From: Actinomycetota bacterium
GTDB lineage: Bacteria; Actinomycetota; Acidimicrobiia; Acidimicrobiales; SZUA-35
Assembly: GCA_027730885.1 (NCBI GenBank)
Contig: JAQCHM010000001.1
Location: forward strand, 1-31,321
Direction: 5' to 3'
DNA: 31,321 nt
Below are positions 17,571-26,138 of this stretch, in pieces. The position numbers were made by a program, and so were the translations under genes. The notes under the pieces were generated by a model. That model saw only the letters and a list, made by a program, of their open reading frames with translations. It was not told where the DNA came from and ran no database searches. The first letter of the stretch is position 1; the number at the start of each line of letters is the position of its first letter.

Positions 17571-17576
17571 ATCCTA
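17571..17576 (-). promoter_or_regulatory. -10 box (TAGGAT) 6 nt before the dnaX GTG; putative leaderless mRNA
   Basis: TAGGAT-CGAGGC-GTG on the minus strand. Confidence 0.6.
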
Positions 17577-17648
17577 CCGACGGGGTGTGACGACGTGCTT
17601 CGTCCGGCGATGGCCGGCCGGTAAAATCAGCGCCGCCTGTCCTCGCAA

Positions 17649-17754
17649 GTGGCGGCCAGACGGTCTGCGGCGCTCCGGGGGATCCGCTGAGAGCTGCTGC
17701 CTTCCGGCCCTGACTCGGTTCACGGTCTCCGGACGCACAGGGTCCGACCGCCAC
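17649..17754 (-). ncRNA. ffs: Bacterial small signal recognition particle RNA (4.5S)
   Basis: Helix-8 motif GTCAGGGCCGGAAGGCAGCAGC; closing stem GTGGCGG/CCGCCAC; canonical position upstream of dnaX. Confidence 0.93.
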
Positions 17755-17775
17755 CTGCCAGAACAGGCGACGAGG

Positions 17776-17788
17776 CGCTATCCTAGCG
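17776..17788. promoter_or_regulatory. Overlapping divergent -10 boxes between ffs and tRNA-Ser
   Basis: TATCCT (+, 17779-17784) and TAGGAT (-, 17785-17780) inside the inverted repeat CGCTA-TCC-TAGCG. Confidence 0.5.
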
Positions 17789-17823
17789 GGCGCAACGCCG
17801 ACCACTCACCCGTGATCGTCGAT

Positions 17824-17911
17824 GGAGGAGTGCGAGAGCGGCCGAATCGGCACGCTTGGAAAGCGTGTGAAGGGAGACCTTCCGTGGGTTCGAATCCCAC
17901 CTCCTCCGCCA
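17824..17911 (+). tRNA. tRNA-Ser (anticodon GGA), CCA encoded
   Basis: Acceptor GGAGGAG/CTCCTCC, anticodon arm CACGC-TTGGAAA-GCGTG, long variable arm, GGTTCGAATCC. Confidence 0.97.
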
Positions 17912-17937
17912 AGAGTCCGGAGCGCTCAGCGACCAAG

Positions 17938-19218
17938 TCAGCGGCCGGGGATGCCCACCGGTGCGCTGCGGCCGCCGGCACGCGCCTTGGCCACGACGTC
18001 TCGGAGCGTGAACGGAGCGTCGAGTTCCTCGGCGCTCGAGTTGGGCCCGAGCTCGCCAACACGAACGTATTCGCCGCGGTCGGCCGCGAGTCGGAAGTCG
18101 ACGGTGGCGCCGGCCGCATCGCCGATCCCACCCGACGCCCCGAAACCGTGTCCCTCGTTGGTCTGCGTGCCCGTCGTCGCCTGGAAACCCATGCGCTGCA
18201 GCAGCTTGGGACTGGCTCGGCGCAGCACCTCCGGTCGGACCGACAGCATCCAGTTCTCCTGTTGGCGCAGCCACGACTTCTGCATGCCGTTCAACATGAC
18301 GACTCGCGGTTCGGTGGTGTGGTTGATGCCTGTCCCGTGCAGCAGTCGGCCATCGGTCAGCACCATCGTGCCCGCGGCTGCGTCGACATTGATGGCCGGT
18401 GGCAGCTTGCCAACCGGCTTGCCGGCGCGCACCGCCTCGGACAGCACCAGATGGCTGCCGGGGATGACGAGCGTGCCACCGTTGCTCGCGTCGATGTCCG
18501 TGAGGGGGGTGAGGATGTTCACCGACATCGGCGATCGAGAGTCAGGAGCGATGCCTCCCTGATCCTGGTGCAGCGCCTGGGGCACACCGCCTTCGAGAGA
18601 AATGGCGGCGATCAGCGAGGTGCAGATCCAGCCGGGACCGAGGGCTTCGGTCACCAGCTGTTCGACCAGAGGTCCGCCTTGGACGACATCTGGGTGTTGT
18701 TCGATGAAGAGCTCGAAGCAGCGGCCCTTGTTGACGCAGCAATTGATGTTCTGCCCGCTCGGCGTCTTCTGCGCGATGCCGGCACGCCGTTCACCTTCGG
18801 CTTGATCCAGCACACGGCGGAGAAGCAGCGCTACCTGTTGCGGCGATACGGCGTCCAGAATCTTGCAGTAACCCCACTCGAGCATGTCCCGGCGTAGCTG
18901 TTCGATGTTCCTCGTGGGTTGCGGCAGGCCGCGGTCTTTCCAGTACGGGTGCTCGTCACCGATGGTGGTGTCGTAGTAGGAGCCTGCCTTGAAGTCCCAC
19001 TGGCCCCACTCCGCGCCCCGCTTCGGTGGCACGAAGTGGATCTCGGGATTGTTCTCCAGGAGCGAACCCATGGGTTCCTTGGAACCCACCTGTTCGTGAT
19101 ACATGCAGGTTCCCGGCGCCGACTTGGCCCGGATGTAGTCCTCGTCGAACTCGCGGATCGCACGCAACTCGGCTCCTCTCGGCTGTGCGCTGGTGAACGG
19201 CTGTCTTCTGCTGAACAC
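17938..19218 (-). CDS. PhyH (phytanoyl-CoA dioxygenase)-family 2OG-Fe(II) oxygenase with long N-terminal extension
   Basis: QALHQDQ (HxD), NGGTLVIPGSH, LLHGTGIN and PRVVM. Start uncertain (GTG 19218). Confidence 0.85.
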   Translation of the reverse strand: MFSRRQPFTSAQPRGAELRAIREFDEDYIRAKSAPGTCMYHEQVGSKEPMGSLLENNPEIHFVPPKRGAEWGQWDFKAGSYYDTTIGDEHPYWKDRGLPQPTRNIEQLRRDMLEWGYCKILDAVSPQQVALLLRRVLDQAEGERRAGIAQKTPSGQNINCCVNKGRCFELFIEQHPDVVQGGPLVEQLVTEALGPGWICTSLIAAISLEGGVPQALHQDQGGIAPDSRSPMSVNILTPLTDIDASNGGTLVIPGSHLVLSEAVRAGKPVGKLPPAINVDAAAGTMVLTDGRLLHGTGINHTTEPRVVMLNGMQKSWLRQQENWMLSVRPEVLRRASPKLLQRMGFQATTGTQTNEGHGFGASGGIGDAAGATVDFRLAADRGEYVRVGELGPNSSAEELDAPFTLRDVVAKARAGGRSAPVGIPGR

Positions 19219-19286
19219 AGTGCGCCGAAGTTAGCGCGCTCGACCGACGTGAGAGGCATCGCAGACTCGATGCGCTGCGCGTGGGC

Positions 19287-20570
19287 TCAGCGAATCAGGC
19301 GCACGGGCAGGACTCGCGGACCTCGGACCTGGCCGGTCGACCACCGAACGAGCGCAGGGTCGAGGAGCTCGAACTCGGGTAGGCGTTCCATCCAGGTTTC
19401 GATGGCGACGGAGACCTCGAGCCGGGCCAGATTCGAACCGAGGCAGCGGTGGATGCCCAGCCCGAAGGCGGTGTGGCGATTGACCTTGCGGTCGATGACG
19501 AACGTGTCGGCGTCTTCGAAGACCTCGGGGTCGCGGTTGGCCGCCGGGAACGGCAGCAGGACCCAGTTCCCCTCCTGGACCGGGCAGCCGCTCAGTTCGT
19601 GGTCGGTGGCCGCAATGCGGGCCATGGTCACCGGAGCGCAGAAGCGCAGGAACTCCTCGATGGCGAACGGTCGAACATCGGGATCCTCGATCCAGCGTCG
19701 ACGGTCGGCCGGGTTCTCGGCCAGGTGCCACAACGACGCCCCGATCGCCGACCACGTGGTGTCGATGCCGGCGATGAGGAGGAGGGCGATGGTTCCGCGC
19801 GCATGTTCGTCGAGCAGCGGCATGCCGTCGATGTCGACCGAGAGGAGGTAGTCGATCAGATCTCCGTCCTCGGGGGACCGGGGGTTGGCTCGGTGCTCGG
19901 CGACCTGAGTGTCGAGGTAGTAGTCGAGCGTCTCCTCGTGGGGCAACTCGCCCGCCTGGCCTGGGGCCTCGATCACCCGGTGGATGAACGTGCGGAATCG
20001 ACCCGCGTCGTGCTCGGGCAGTCCGAGCATGTTGGCGATGACCCGGACGGGAATGTTCTGGGCGTAGTCGATGGCCGCGTCCGCGATCGCCGTGTCCGTG
20101 GAGCTCGCGTTCTCGTCCGCCTTGGCCAACAAGTTGTCGATCAGCTCGTGACAGTAGGCCCGGGTCGATGCCTCCAGGGCGGCGATGGGCTTGGGCGCGA
20201 AGGGGGGAAGCAGCAGCCGCCGGGCGATGGCGTGGAACGGGGGGTCGGACGTGATCGGCGGCGCCGGACCCATCGGGGCGTCGACCTCGGGGCGGGGGCC
20301 AACGATCACGCCTTGCGAGGTGTAGTTGACGGTGTCGTGAGCGATGGCCTCGACGTCGGCGTGACGCACCGGAAGCCAGGTGCCTCCGAACCGCTGGGTG
20401 TGAGCGACTGGGCAGGCCTGACGAAGCTGCTCCCAGATCTCGGGTGCGGCCGCCGCGTAGTCGGGGTGCGTGTGATCGAAGTCGGTCTCCCAGTCGCGAA
20501 CGGGCAATGGTTCCTGGCCGGTCGGCAGGTCGATCGGTGCAGGTGTGGAGGAAGGTGGGCTCTGTGTCAT
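19287..20570 (-). CDS. Cytochrome P450
   Basis: I helix AGIDTT, EEFLR (ExxR), heme motif FGLGIHRCLG. Confidence 0.97.
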   Translation of the reverse strand: MTQSPPSSTPAPIDLPTGQEPLPVRDWETDFDHTHPDYAAAAPEIWEQLRQACPVAHTQRFGGTWLPVRHADVEAIAHDTVNYTSQGVIVGPRPEVDAPMGPAPPITSDPPFHAIARRLLLPPFAPKPIAALEASTRAYCHELIDNLLAKADENASSTDTAIADAAIDYAQNIPVRVIANMLGLPEHDAGRFRTFIHRVIEAPGQAGELPHEETLDYYLDTQVAEHRANPRSPEDGDLIDYLLSVDIDGMPLLDEHARGTIALLLIAGIDTTWSAIGASLWHLAENPADRRRWIEDPDVRPFAIEEFLRFCAPVTMARIAATDHELSGCPVQEGNWVLLPFPAANRDPEVFEDADTFVIDRKVNRHTAFGLGIHRCLGSNLARLEVSVAIETWMERLPEFELLDPALVRWSTGQVRGPRVLPVRLIR

Positions 20571-20634
20571 GATGCCTTACGTCGTAAAGTACCTGTCGGT
20601 AGCCTAGAACGGATCCTCGTGTGTGTCACGACTT

Positions 20635-20660
20635 CTCCCGCGGGTTTCGGCCCGCGGGAG
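20635..20660. repeat. 10-bp perfect hairpin with UUCG-type loop between divergent P450 and tadA
   Basis: CTCCCGCGGG-TTTCGG-CCCGCGGGAG. Confidence 0.6.
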
Positions 20661-20690
20661 TGGCTGGGATCGAGCCGCTACCCTGCGTCA

Positions 20691-21152
20691 ATGGCCGCTT
20701 CCCTCGAGACCGAAACCGAGTACATGTCTCTGGCGTTGCGCGAGGCCCGGACGGCGCTCGAGCACGGCGATGTCCCGGTCGGTGCACTAGTGGTGAAGGA
20801 CGGGGTCGTCATTGCCAGCCGCCACAACGAGCGTGAGCTCACCGGTGACCCGACGGCCCACGCCGAGGTTCTTGCCCTCCGCGACGCCGCGGCCGCCGTT
20901 GGGGGCTGGCGCCTCGACGGGTGCACCCTCGTGGTGACCCTCGAACCATGTGTCATGTGTGCCGGCGCGGCGCTGGCGGCCCGGGTCGATCGCATCGTCT
21001 ACGGCGCAGCCGATCTCTCGGCGGGTGCGGTATTCAGTCTCTACAACGTCTGTGATGACCCGCGGCTGAATCACCGGCTCGAGGTGACGGCAGGTGTCCA
21101 GGCGGGCGAGTGCGCCGAGCTGCTCACCGGCTTCTTCGCCGACAAGCGTTAG
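20691..21152 (+). CDS. tadA: tRNA adenosine(34) deaminase
   Basis: DVPVGAL, DPTAHAE, TLEPCVMC; TACCCT -10 box (20679-20684) 6 nt before the ATG; next to tRNA-Ser(CGA). Confidence 0.95.
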   Translation: MAASLETETEYMSLALREARTALEHGDVPVGALVVKDGVVIASRHNERELTGDPTAHAEVLALRDAAAAVGGWRLDGCTLVVTLEPCVMCAGAALAARVDRIVYGAADLSAGAVFSLYNVCDDPRLNHRLEVTAGVQAGECAELLTGFFADKR

Positions 21153-21174
21153 CCGGCCGCCCGACCGGCGGGAT

Positions 21175-21900
21175 TCACGAGCCGAGGTGCTTGAGCGCTT
21201 CGCGTCTGGTCAACCCACTGAGCCGGCTGCCTCGGGCCTCGACGAACGATCGGACCTCGTCGGGGGCGACCCGCGCGTACTGCCGAAGTGCCCAGCCCAG
21301 GGCCTTGCGGATGAAGAACTCGTTGTCGGCCGAGCGGCGATCGACGTAGCGGAACAAGCGTTCGCGGTCGGTCGCTCGTCCGTAGGACAGTTGGTGCAGG
21401 ATGGCCGTTCGGGCGATCCAGAAGTCGTCGTCGTCGATCCACTCGTCCATGGTGGACACCAGTGCAGGTTGGGCCAGGACCATCGGACCGACGGTCCACG
21501 CGGCCAACGAGTCGACGGTGTCCCACCAAGACTTGGCGCGTAGCAGTTGCTCGACTCGCGGAAGGTGTTCCTGGCGGAGCATCGTGCCGTCCCTTCGAGT
21601 CGCCGCGGCCCGGAGCATGTCGGTGGCCACGTACTGGAACTCGCGCTCGGGTTCGGCCCAGCAGGCTTCGGCGAAGTCGAGCAACGCGTCGACGGCCGCG
21701 TCCCCGGTCGCCGTCCTCGCCCAGGTGATGAACCGACGCTGCTCGTGGCGACGATCAGCCGCGGTAACTCCGAGGAAGGGCGCGATGTCCTTCATGTAGG
21801 CACGCATGGCGTCGACCTTGCTCGGGTCGGCTACCGCAGTGAGGGCGGCTCTCAGCCAAGCGAGATCGAGGGCATCGGTGTGGTCGGTCAATCGAGCCAT
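21175..21900 (-). CDS. DNA alkylation repair protein, AlkD-like HEAT-repeat family
   Basis: AMRAYMK, EREFQYVA, KSWWDTVDSL, WIARTAI and EFFIRKALGWALRQY. Confidence 0.9.
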   Translation of the reverse strand: MARLTDHTDALDLAWLRAALTAVADPSKVDAMRAYMKDIAPFLGVTAADRRHEQRRFITWARTATGDAAVDALLDFAEACWAEPEREFQYVATDMLRAAATRRDGTMLRQEHLPRVEQLLRAKSWWDTVDSLAAWTVGPMVLAQPALVSTMDEWIDDDDFWIARTAILHQLSYGRATDRERLFRYVDRRSADNEFFIRKALGWALRQYARVAPDEVRSFVEARGSRLSGLTRREALKHLGS

Positions 21901-21944
21901 CCAATTCGTCGGCGCGTGATGGTCACGACGCTAAGCTCGTCGAC

Positions 21945-22035
21945 GGAAGGTTGCCAGAGCGGACGAATGGGGCGGCCTCGAAAGCCGTTGAGGTGCTTCG
22001 CATCTCCGGGGGTTCGAATCCCCCACCTTCCGCCA
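21945..22035 (+). tRNA. tRNA-Ser (anticodon CGA), CCA encoded
   Basis: Acceptor GGAAGGT/ACCTTCC, anticodon loop CTCGAAA, long variable arm, GGTTCGAATCC; TAAGCT -10 box upstream. Confidence 0.96.
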
Positions 22036-22070
22036 AGTTCCGCTCCTCGAGCGGCATGGCGCAGCCGACC

Positions 22071-22931
22071 TCAGGAGTGCTGCGTGAGAAACTCGATGCT
22101 GATCGGGTTGTAGAGCTCACGCCGTTCGTGCTGAGGCCAGTGGCCACACGTGCCCATCAGCTCGAGTCGGGAGTTGGAGATCGCCTCGTTCATGGCGGTG
22201 GCCTCGGGGATCTCGCCAAAGGGGTTCTCGTTGCCCCACACCACAAGTGTCGGAGCCGCAATGCTGTTGAGCCGTTCGGTCGTCATCAGGTTGCGTTGCC
22301 GGATCTCCATGTTCTGCAGGCAGAGCAGGTTGTGGAGGTTCGCCACGAATTCCGGCGTGTGGTAGATGGCATGACGGATCTCCACCAGCTCCTGGCTGAC
22401 ATCCTTCTCGCCGTCGAACATCAAGAGATGGAGCCGCTGTCGTGTGAGGTCCATGTCGTCCTCGGTCACCGCCTTGGTCGTCGAGTTCTTGATTCGCTCC
22501 ATGACCTCGGGGTTCGCCTTCGTGCCACCGGCGGCGATCAGTTGCAGGCTCTTCACGCGCTCGGGGTGCTCGCTGGCGAGCCAGCCCGAAACCCATCCAC
22601 CAAGCGACTCTCCGACGAAGTGGGCCGACTCGATTCCCTGGGCATCGAGATAGGCTACGAGGTGCTCCACGTAGCGCGGGATCTCGTAGTTGTAGTCGGG
22701 CTTGTCTGTGTAGCCGTGGCCGAGCATGTCGATCGCATGACAGCGAAAGCCGGCCTCGGCATGAGGGGCGATGTTGCGGCTGAACGCCTCGAGGTGCCCG
22801 CTCGTCCCATGGAGGAAGATCACGTCCTGCCCCTCGGGCGGTCCGGCAACCAGTGCTCGAGTCCGTACGCCCCCGGCATCGACGAAGCCGAGGCAGAAGC
22901 CGATGCCGGTCAGGTCGGTCCAGATCGTCAC
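22071..22931 (-). CDS. Alpha/beta hydrolase, MhpC/BphD-like meta-cleavage product hydrolase
   Basis: FLHGTSG, DMLGHG, nucleophile GESLGG, LVVWG and CGHWPQHE; GTGA overlap with the upstream gene. Confidence 0.88.
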   Translation of the reverse strand: MTIWTDLTGIGFCLGFVDAGGVRTRALVAGPPEGQDVIFLHGTSGHLEAFSRNIAPHAEAGFRCHAIDMLGHGYTDKPDYNYEIPRYVEHLVAYLDAQGIESAHFVGESLGGWVSGWLASEHPERVKSLQLIAAGGTKANPEVMERIKNSTTKAVTEDDMDLTRQRLHLLMFDGEKDVSQELVEIRHAIYHTPEFVANLHNLLCLQNMEIRQRNLMTTERLNSIAAPTLVVWGNENPFGEIPEATAMNEAISNSRLELMGTCGHWPQHERRELYNPISIEFLTQHS

Positions 22932-23881
22932 CTTTGTGCTCCCTCAGGGTCGATGACGGCGACGGCCATGCCGGTCAGCCACTCGGGCATCGCCGAGTAG
23001 ACGATCCTCTCGCCCGGAGCGTCTCCCAGAGCGGCGGCCATCGCAAGCCACGCTCGAACCTCGTTGCCGCCGTTTCCGGCCGTTGCCACGAGGCGCTCTT
23101 GGTCGTAACGCCGTCCCAGGTCGTACAGACGGCCTTCTTCGAGCAGGTCGAGGAGTTCGGCATCGAAGTCGGAGTTGAGCTGAGGTCGGGCGCCCACCAC
23201 GATCGGTCGACGACGTTCCTCGAACTCCGCCCACTTTCCGCGCCCCTCCCGGAAGGTGTGCGCGAGGAACTCTTCGTCGTCGCCGACCGGGTTGCGCCAG
23301 TCGGGGAACGGGATCTGGTGCGACAAGCCACCCGTACCGATGACGGCCACTCGGCGCGGCGCGTCGAGATCTCCAACCGATGATCTGATCGCCTTGCCAA
23401 GCGCGATACAGCGCTGGAGCGACGGCAGCGGAGGTCCGAACGTGTTGATCACAATGGGCACGACGGGTACACCCTCGGGAACGATGTACTGGATCGCGTG
23501 GGTGATCCCGTGGTCGACCTGGAGGTCCGTGGAGAAAGCGACATCGATGTCGCGTTCGAGCAGTCCCTCGCACAAGCGGAGCGCCGCGCCAGGGTCAACG
23601 GCCTGCGGGCCGCTGGGCGTACCGTGCTCGCCTACCCCGATGACCTGGTCGACCCCGATGGTGAACGCCGGCATCATGTCGAGCCAGAAACCGCGGAAGT
23701 GGTTCGAGCCGATGATCACGACGAGGTCGGGTCCGGCCGCTGTGAGGCGCGCGCGGGCAGTTCCGAGACCGTCACGAAAGGCGTGCGCCCGTTCGAGGTG
23801 GTCGACCTGGTCCCAGCGGGTGTTCATCAACGTCGCGTGCGAGGCGCCCACCCCGAAGACGATGCGACTTCTCGTGTTCAT
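22928..23881 (-). CDS. Class III extradiol dioxygenase, MhpB (2,3-dihydroxyphenylpropionate 1,2-dioxygenase)-like
   Basis: GASHA, GSNHFRGF, VDHG, TGGLSH and GNGGNEVRAW; ATGA overlap with the upstream gene. Confidence 0.88.
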   Translation of the reverse strand: MNTRSRIVFGVGASHATLMNTRWDQVDHLERAHAFRDGLGTARARLTAAGPDLVVIIGSNHFRGFWLDMMPAFTIGVDQVIGVGEHGTPSGPQAVDPGAALRLCEGLLERDIDVAFSTDLQVDHGITHAIQYIVPEGVPVVPIVINTFGPPLPSLQRCIALGKAIRSSVGDLDAPRRVAVIGTGGLSHQIPFPDWRNPVGDDEEFLAHTFREGRGKWAEFEERRRPIVVGARPQLNSDFDAELLDLLEEGRLYDLGRRYDQERLVATAGNGGNEVRAWLAMAAALGDAPGERIVYSAMPEWLTGMAVAVIDPEGAQR

Positions 23882-25152
23882 GCGTTCACGCCACACAGAT
23901 CAACGGCGATGCGGATGAGAAGACGGGTCAGACGTTGCATGTCGTCGACGTCCACCGCGTTCATGCCGAGTTGGAAGTCGACGGTCAACTTGTCCGGCGA
24001 CACCTTGGGAAGCCCCACTCGGGCCGTCGGTACCCCGAGGGCACGCAGGATGTTCGCGTCGGTAGCGCCGGATGTGCCACGGATCGGAGCGTGCTCGGCG
24101 TTGTTCAGTTGCTCCCAACATCGGATGGACGATCGGATCACGTCAGCATCGGGGCTCGTGGTCGTGCCGGGGATGACGAGCGTCTGGCGAACCTCGACGC
24201 TTGCGCCGATCTCGTTCGCCAGCTCCTCGACCTTGGCGCGGAACGCTGCCGCAGCCTCCTGACCTGTGGTCCTCGGACTGAGCCTCAGGTCGACCCAGAA
24301 CTTGCAACTCGCGGTGGTGAACGCCGGCATGTGCGGCCACCCACCCTGAATGGCAGCCACCACACCCTGGGGCTCGACGAGGCCGGAACGATGCTCTTCT
24401 GCCCATTCGGGGAACCACCGCTCCAGCCCAGCGACGATGTGGCCCGCGTCGGCGATGGCGTTTCGGTAGGGCAGCAAGTGGCGGCTCCCCACGTAGGTGT
24501 GGGTGCCGCCGACCTCGACTTCGAACCAGGTGAGGCCGACCTCTTCCCAGGAAATCGCCCAACCAGTCTTGGCGATCACGGCACAGTCGGGCCGAAGGAG
24601 GTCGACGAGCCGGCCACAGCCTTGACCATGTCCGTCGGGCAGGTCTGGCCGGCGGCGGTTGGTCGGCATTCCGCCTCCACCGAAGCCGATCAACAGATCA
24701 CCGACGAGGGGCGCGTTGCTCGCCGAGAGAGCTTCGGCCGCGGCCAAGACGCATGCGCCGTGGGCCTTGGGATTCTGGGCGCCAAGACCGATCACGAGCC
24801 CGGCGCGGACCTCGGCCGACGGCACCATGTCGTCGCGCAGTTCGGGTCCCGCCCACGGCAGGTCATCCTCGACGTGGCCGACAGTGACGGTGTCGATGGG
24901 GGCGTACAACAACAGCGCTGGCCCGCCACCCGAACCCGTCAGCCTGCCGTGCGCGTTTGTCATGTCCGCGACGACTGGCTGCACCTGCCCGGAAAGGCCG
25001 ACAGCCGTCATCTCAGCGGCCAACCTCTCGGCCAACGCGAGCTCGTCTCCCGTCGGAGAAGGTATTGATACCATGGTCGAGCACAGCTCGATCAATCGAT
25101 CGCGCGAAACCAACGCCTCGGCGTCGGCGACGACCGACGCAGCATCAGGCAT
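23878..25152 (-). CDS. M20/ArgE/DapE-fold protein with degenerate metal site
   Basis: Fold markers SIPSPTGDE, NAHGRL, LLL...IDTV, IGLGA..PK, IQGG and SGATDAN; canonical His/Asp/Glu ligands are replaced. Confidence 0.82.
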   Translation of the reverse strand: MPDAASVVADAEALVSRDRLIELCSTMVSIPSPTGDELALAERLAAEMTAVGLSGQVQPVVADMTNAHGRLTGSGGGPALLLYAPIDTVTVGHVEDDLPWAGPELRDDMVPSAEVRAGLVIGLGAQNPKAHGACVLAAAEALSASNAPLVGDLLIGFGGGGMPTNRRRPDLPDGHGQGCGRLVDLLRPDCAVIAKTGWAISWEEVGLTWFEVEVGGTHTYVGSRHLLPYRNAIADAGHIVAGLERWFPEWAEEHRSGLVEPQGVVAAIQGGWPHMPAFTTASCKFWVDLRLSPRTTGQEAAAAFRAKVEELANEIGASVEVRQTLVIPGTTTSPDADVIRSSIRCWEQLNNAEHAPIRGTSGATDANILRALGVPTARVGLPKVSPDKLTVDFQLGMNAVDVDDMQRLTRLLIRIAVDLCGVNA

Positions 25153-25264
25153 CCGGCGTACCGACCCACGTACCGGTGAATTTCGTCAAGAGGTGCACCA
25201 GGTAGGTACGCCCGGCGTAGGCGCCGGCTGCGAGTACGAGCAGCGCGAGTGGTCTCCTCATCAT
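25145..25264 (-). CDS. 39-aa hydrophobic peptide MMRRPLALLVLAAGAYAGRTYLVHLLTKFTGTWVGTPDA
   Basis: Fills the gap between the hydrolase stop (25272) and the M20 start; ATGCCTGA overlap with the next gene. Confidence 0.6.
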   Translation of the reverse strand: MMRRPLALLVLAAGAYAGRTYLVHLLTKFTGTWVGTPDA

Positions 25265-25271
25265 GTTGCTG

Positions 25272-26138
25272 TCACCGTTCTGTCTGTTCGAGGAAGCCAC
25301 GGACGACCGAATGGAAGTGCTGAGGCCGCTCCTCTTGGAGATGGTGCGACGCCTTGTCCATGACATAGAGCTGACCGCGATCGACCATCCGCGCCAGCAT
25401 CAATGGGTAGTCGGGGGTGAGGAAGTCGTCGTACATCCCCCAGGCGAAGAGCACCGGACACCTGATCTGTCCCAGCTCCTTGGTCATGTCCTGCCACTCA
25501 CCTCGAGGGCTGTCGGATCGGGCTGCGAGTTCGACTTCCTCCCTGTCGATCGACTGCTCGAAACGCATCGTCACGGTGTCGTCGGGAATCTCGTCGGCGT
25601 CGTACCACTCGAGGTCGGCCATCAGCTCGCGCATCTTCTCCCACGTCGGGCCGTCCGGTCCCCCGAAGTACCGATCCCGCGCCTTGCGGCCGCGCCGCGC
25701 TCCGTCGGGCAGCGGTGCAAGCGGCCCGTAGAAGACCGGCATCGATCCGGTGACGACGAGCGACCGGGTTCGATCGGGGAAGTTGGCTGCAAGGTTCAGC
25801 GCAATGGTGCCGCCCCAGCTGTTGCACACGAAGTCGGCCCGTTCGATGCCAAGGGCGTCCATGAGGTCGCAGATCGTCTTCGCATGGAAGTCCCACATCG
25901 GACCGGTGATCGTGCACTTCTCGGACTTGCCGTACTGCAACAGATCGACGAGGTAACAGGCACGTTCCGCAGCGAACAGCGGGGCAACAGGTCCGAAATC
26001 GCTCCACGCGGTGCAGCCGGGGCCGCCGCCATGCAGGAAGAATGTCGGTGGACCCTCGCCCATTTCGATCACGTGGTAGGCCAAACCCTTGGCGTCGACC
26101 ATGCGACCGACTGGTGCCGGTTGAATGACGTGCGGCAT
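25272..26138 (-). CDS. Alpha/beta hydrolase, BphD/CarC/OxoH-like
   Basis: FLHGGGPG, nucleophile CNSWGG, LFAWGMYD and ASHHLQEE; TGATG overlap with the Rieske gene. Confidence 0.88.
   Translation of the reverse strand: MPHVIQPAPVGRMVDAKGLAYHVIEMGEGPPTFFLHGGGPGCTAWSDFGPVAPLFAAERACYLVDLLQYGKSEKCTITGPMWDFHAKTICDLMDALGIERADFVCNSWGGTIALNLAANFPDRTRSLVVTGSMPVFYGPLAPLPDGARRGRKARDRYFGGPDGPTWEKMRELMADLEWYDADEIPDDTVTMRFEQSIDREEVELAARSDSPRGEWQDMTKELGQIRCPVLFAWGMYDDFLTPDYPLMLARMVDRGQLYVMDKASHHLQEERPQHFHSVVRGFLEQTER

Noticed and set aside
17890-22035. att-site duplications of tRNA 3' ends delimiting islands
   Set aside because: I found no second copy of any tRNA 3' end by eye; the two Ser tRNAs resemble each other only as isoacceptors, and no tyrosine or serine integrase is present.
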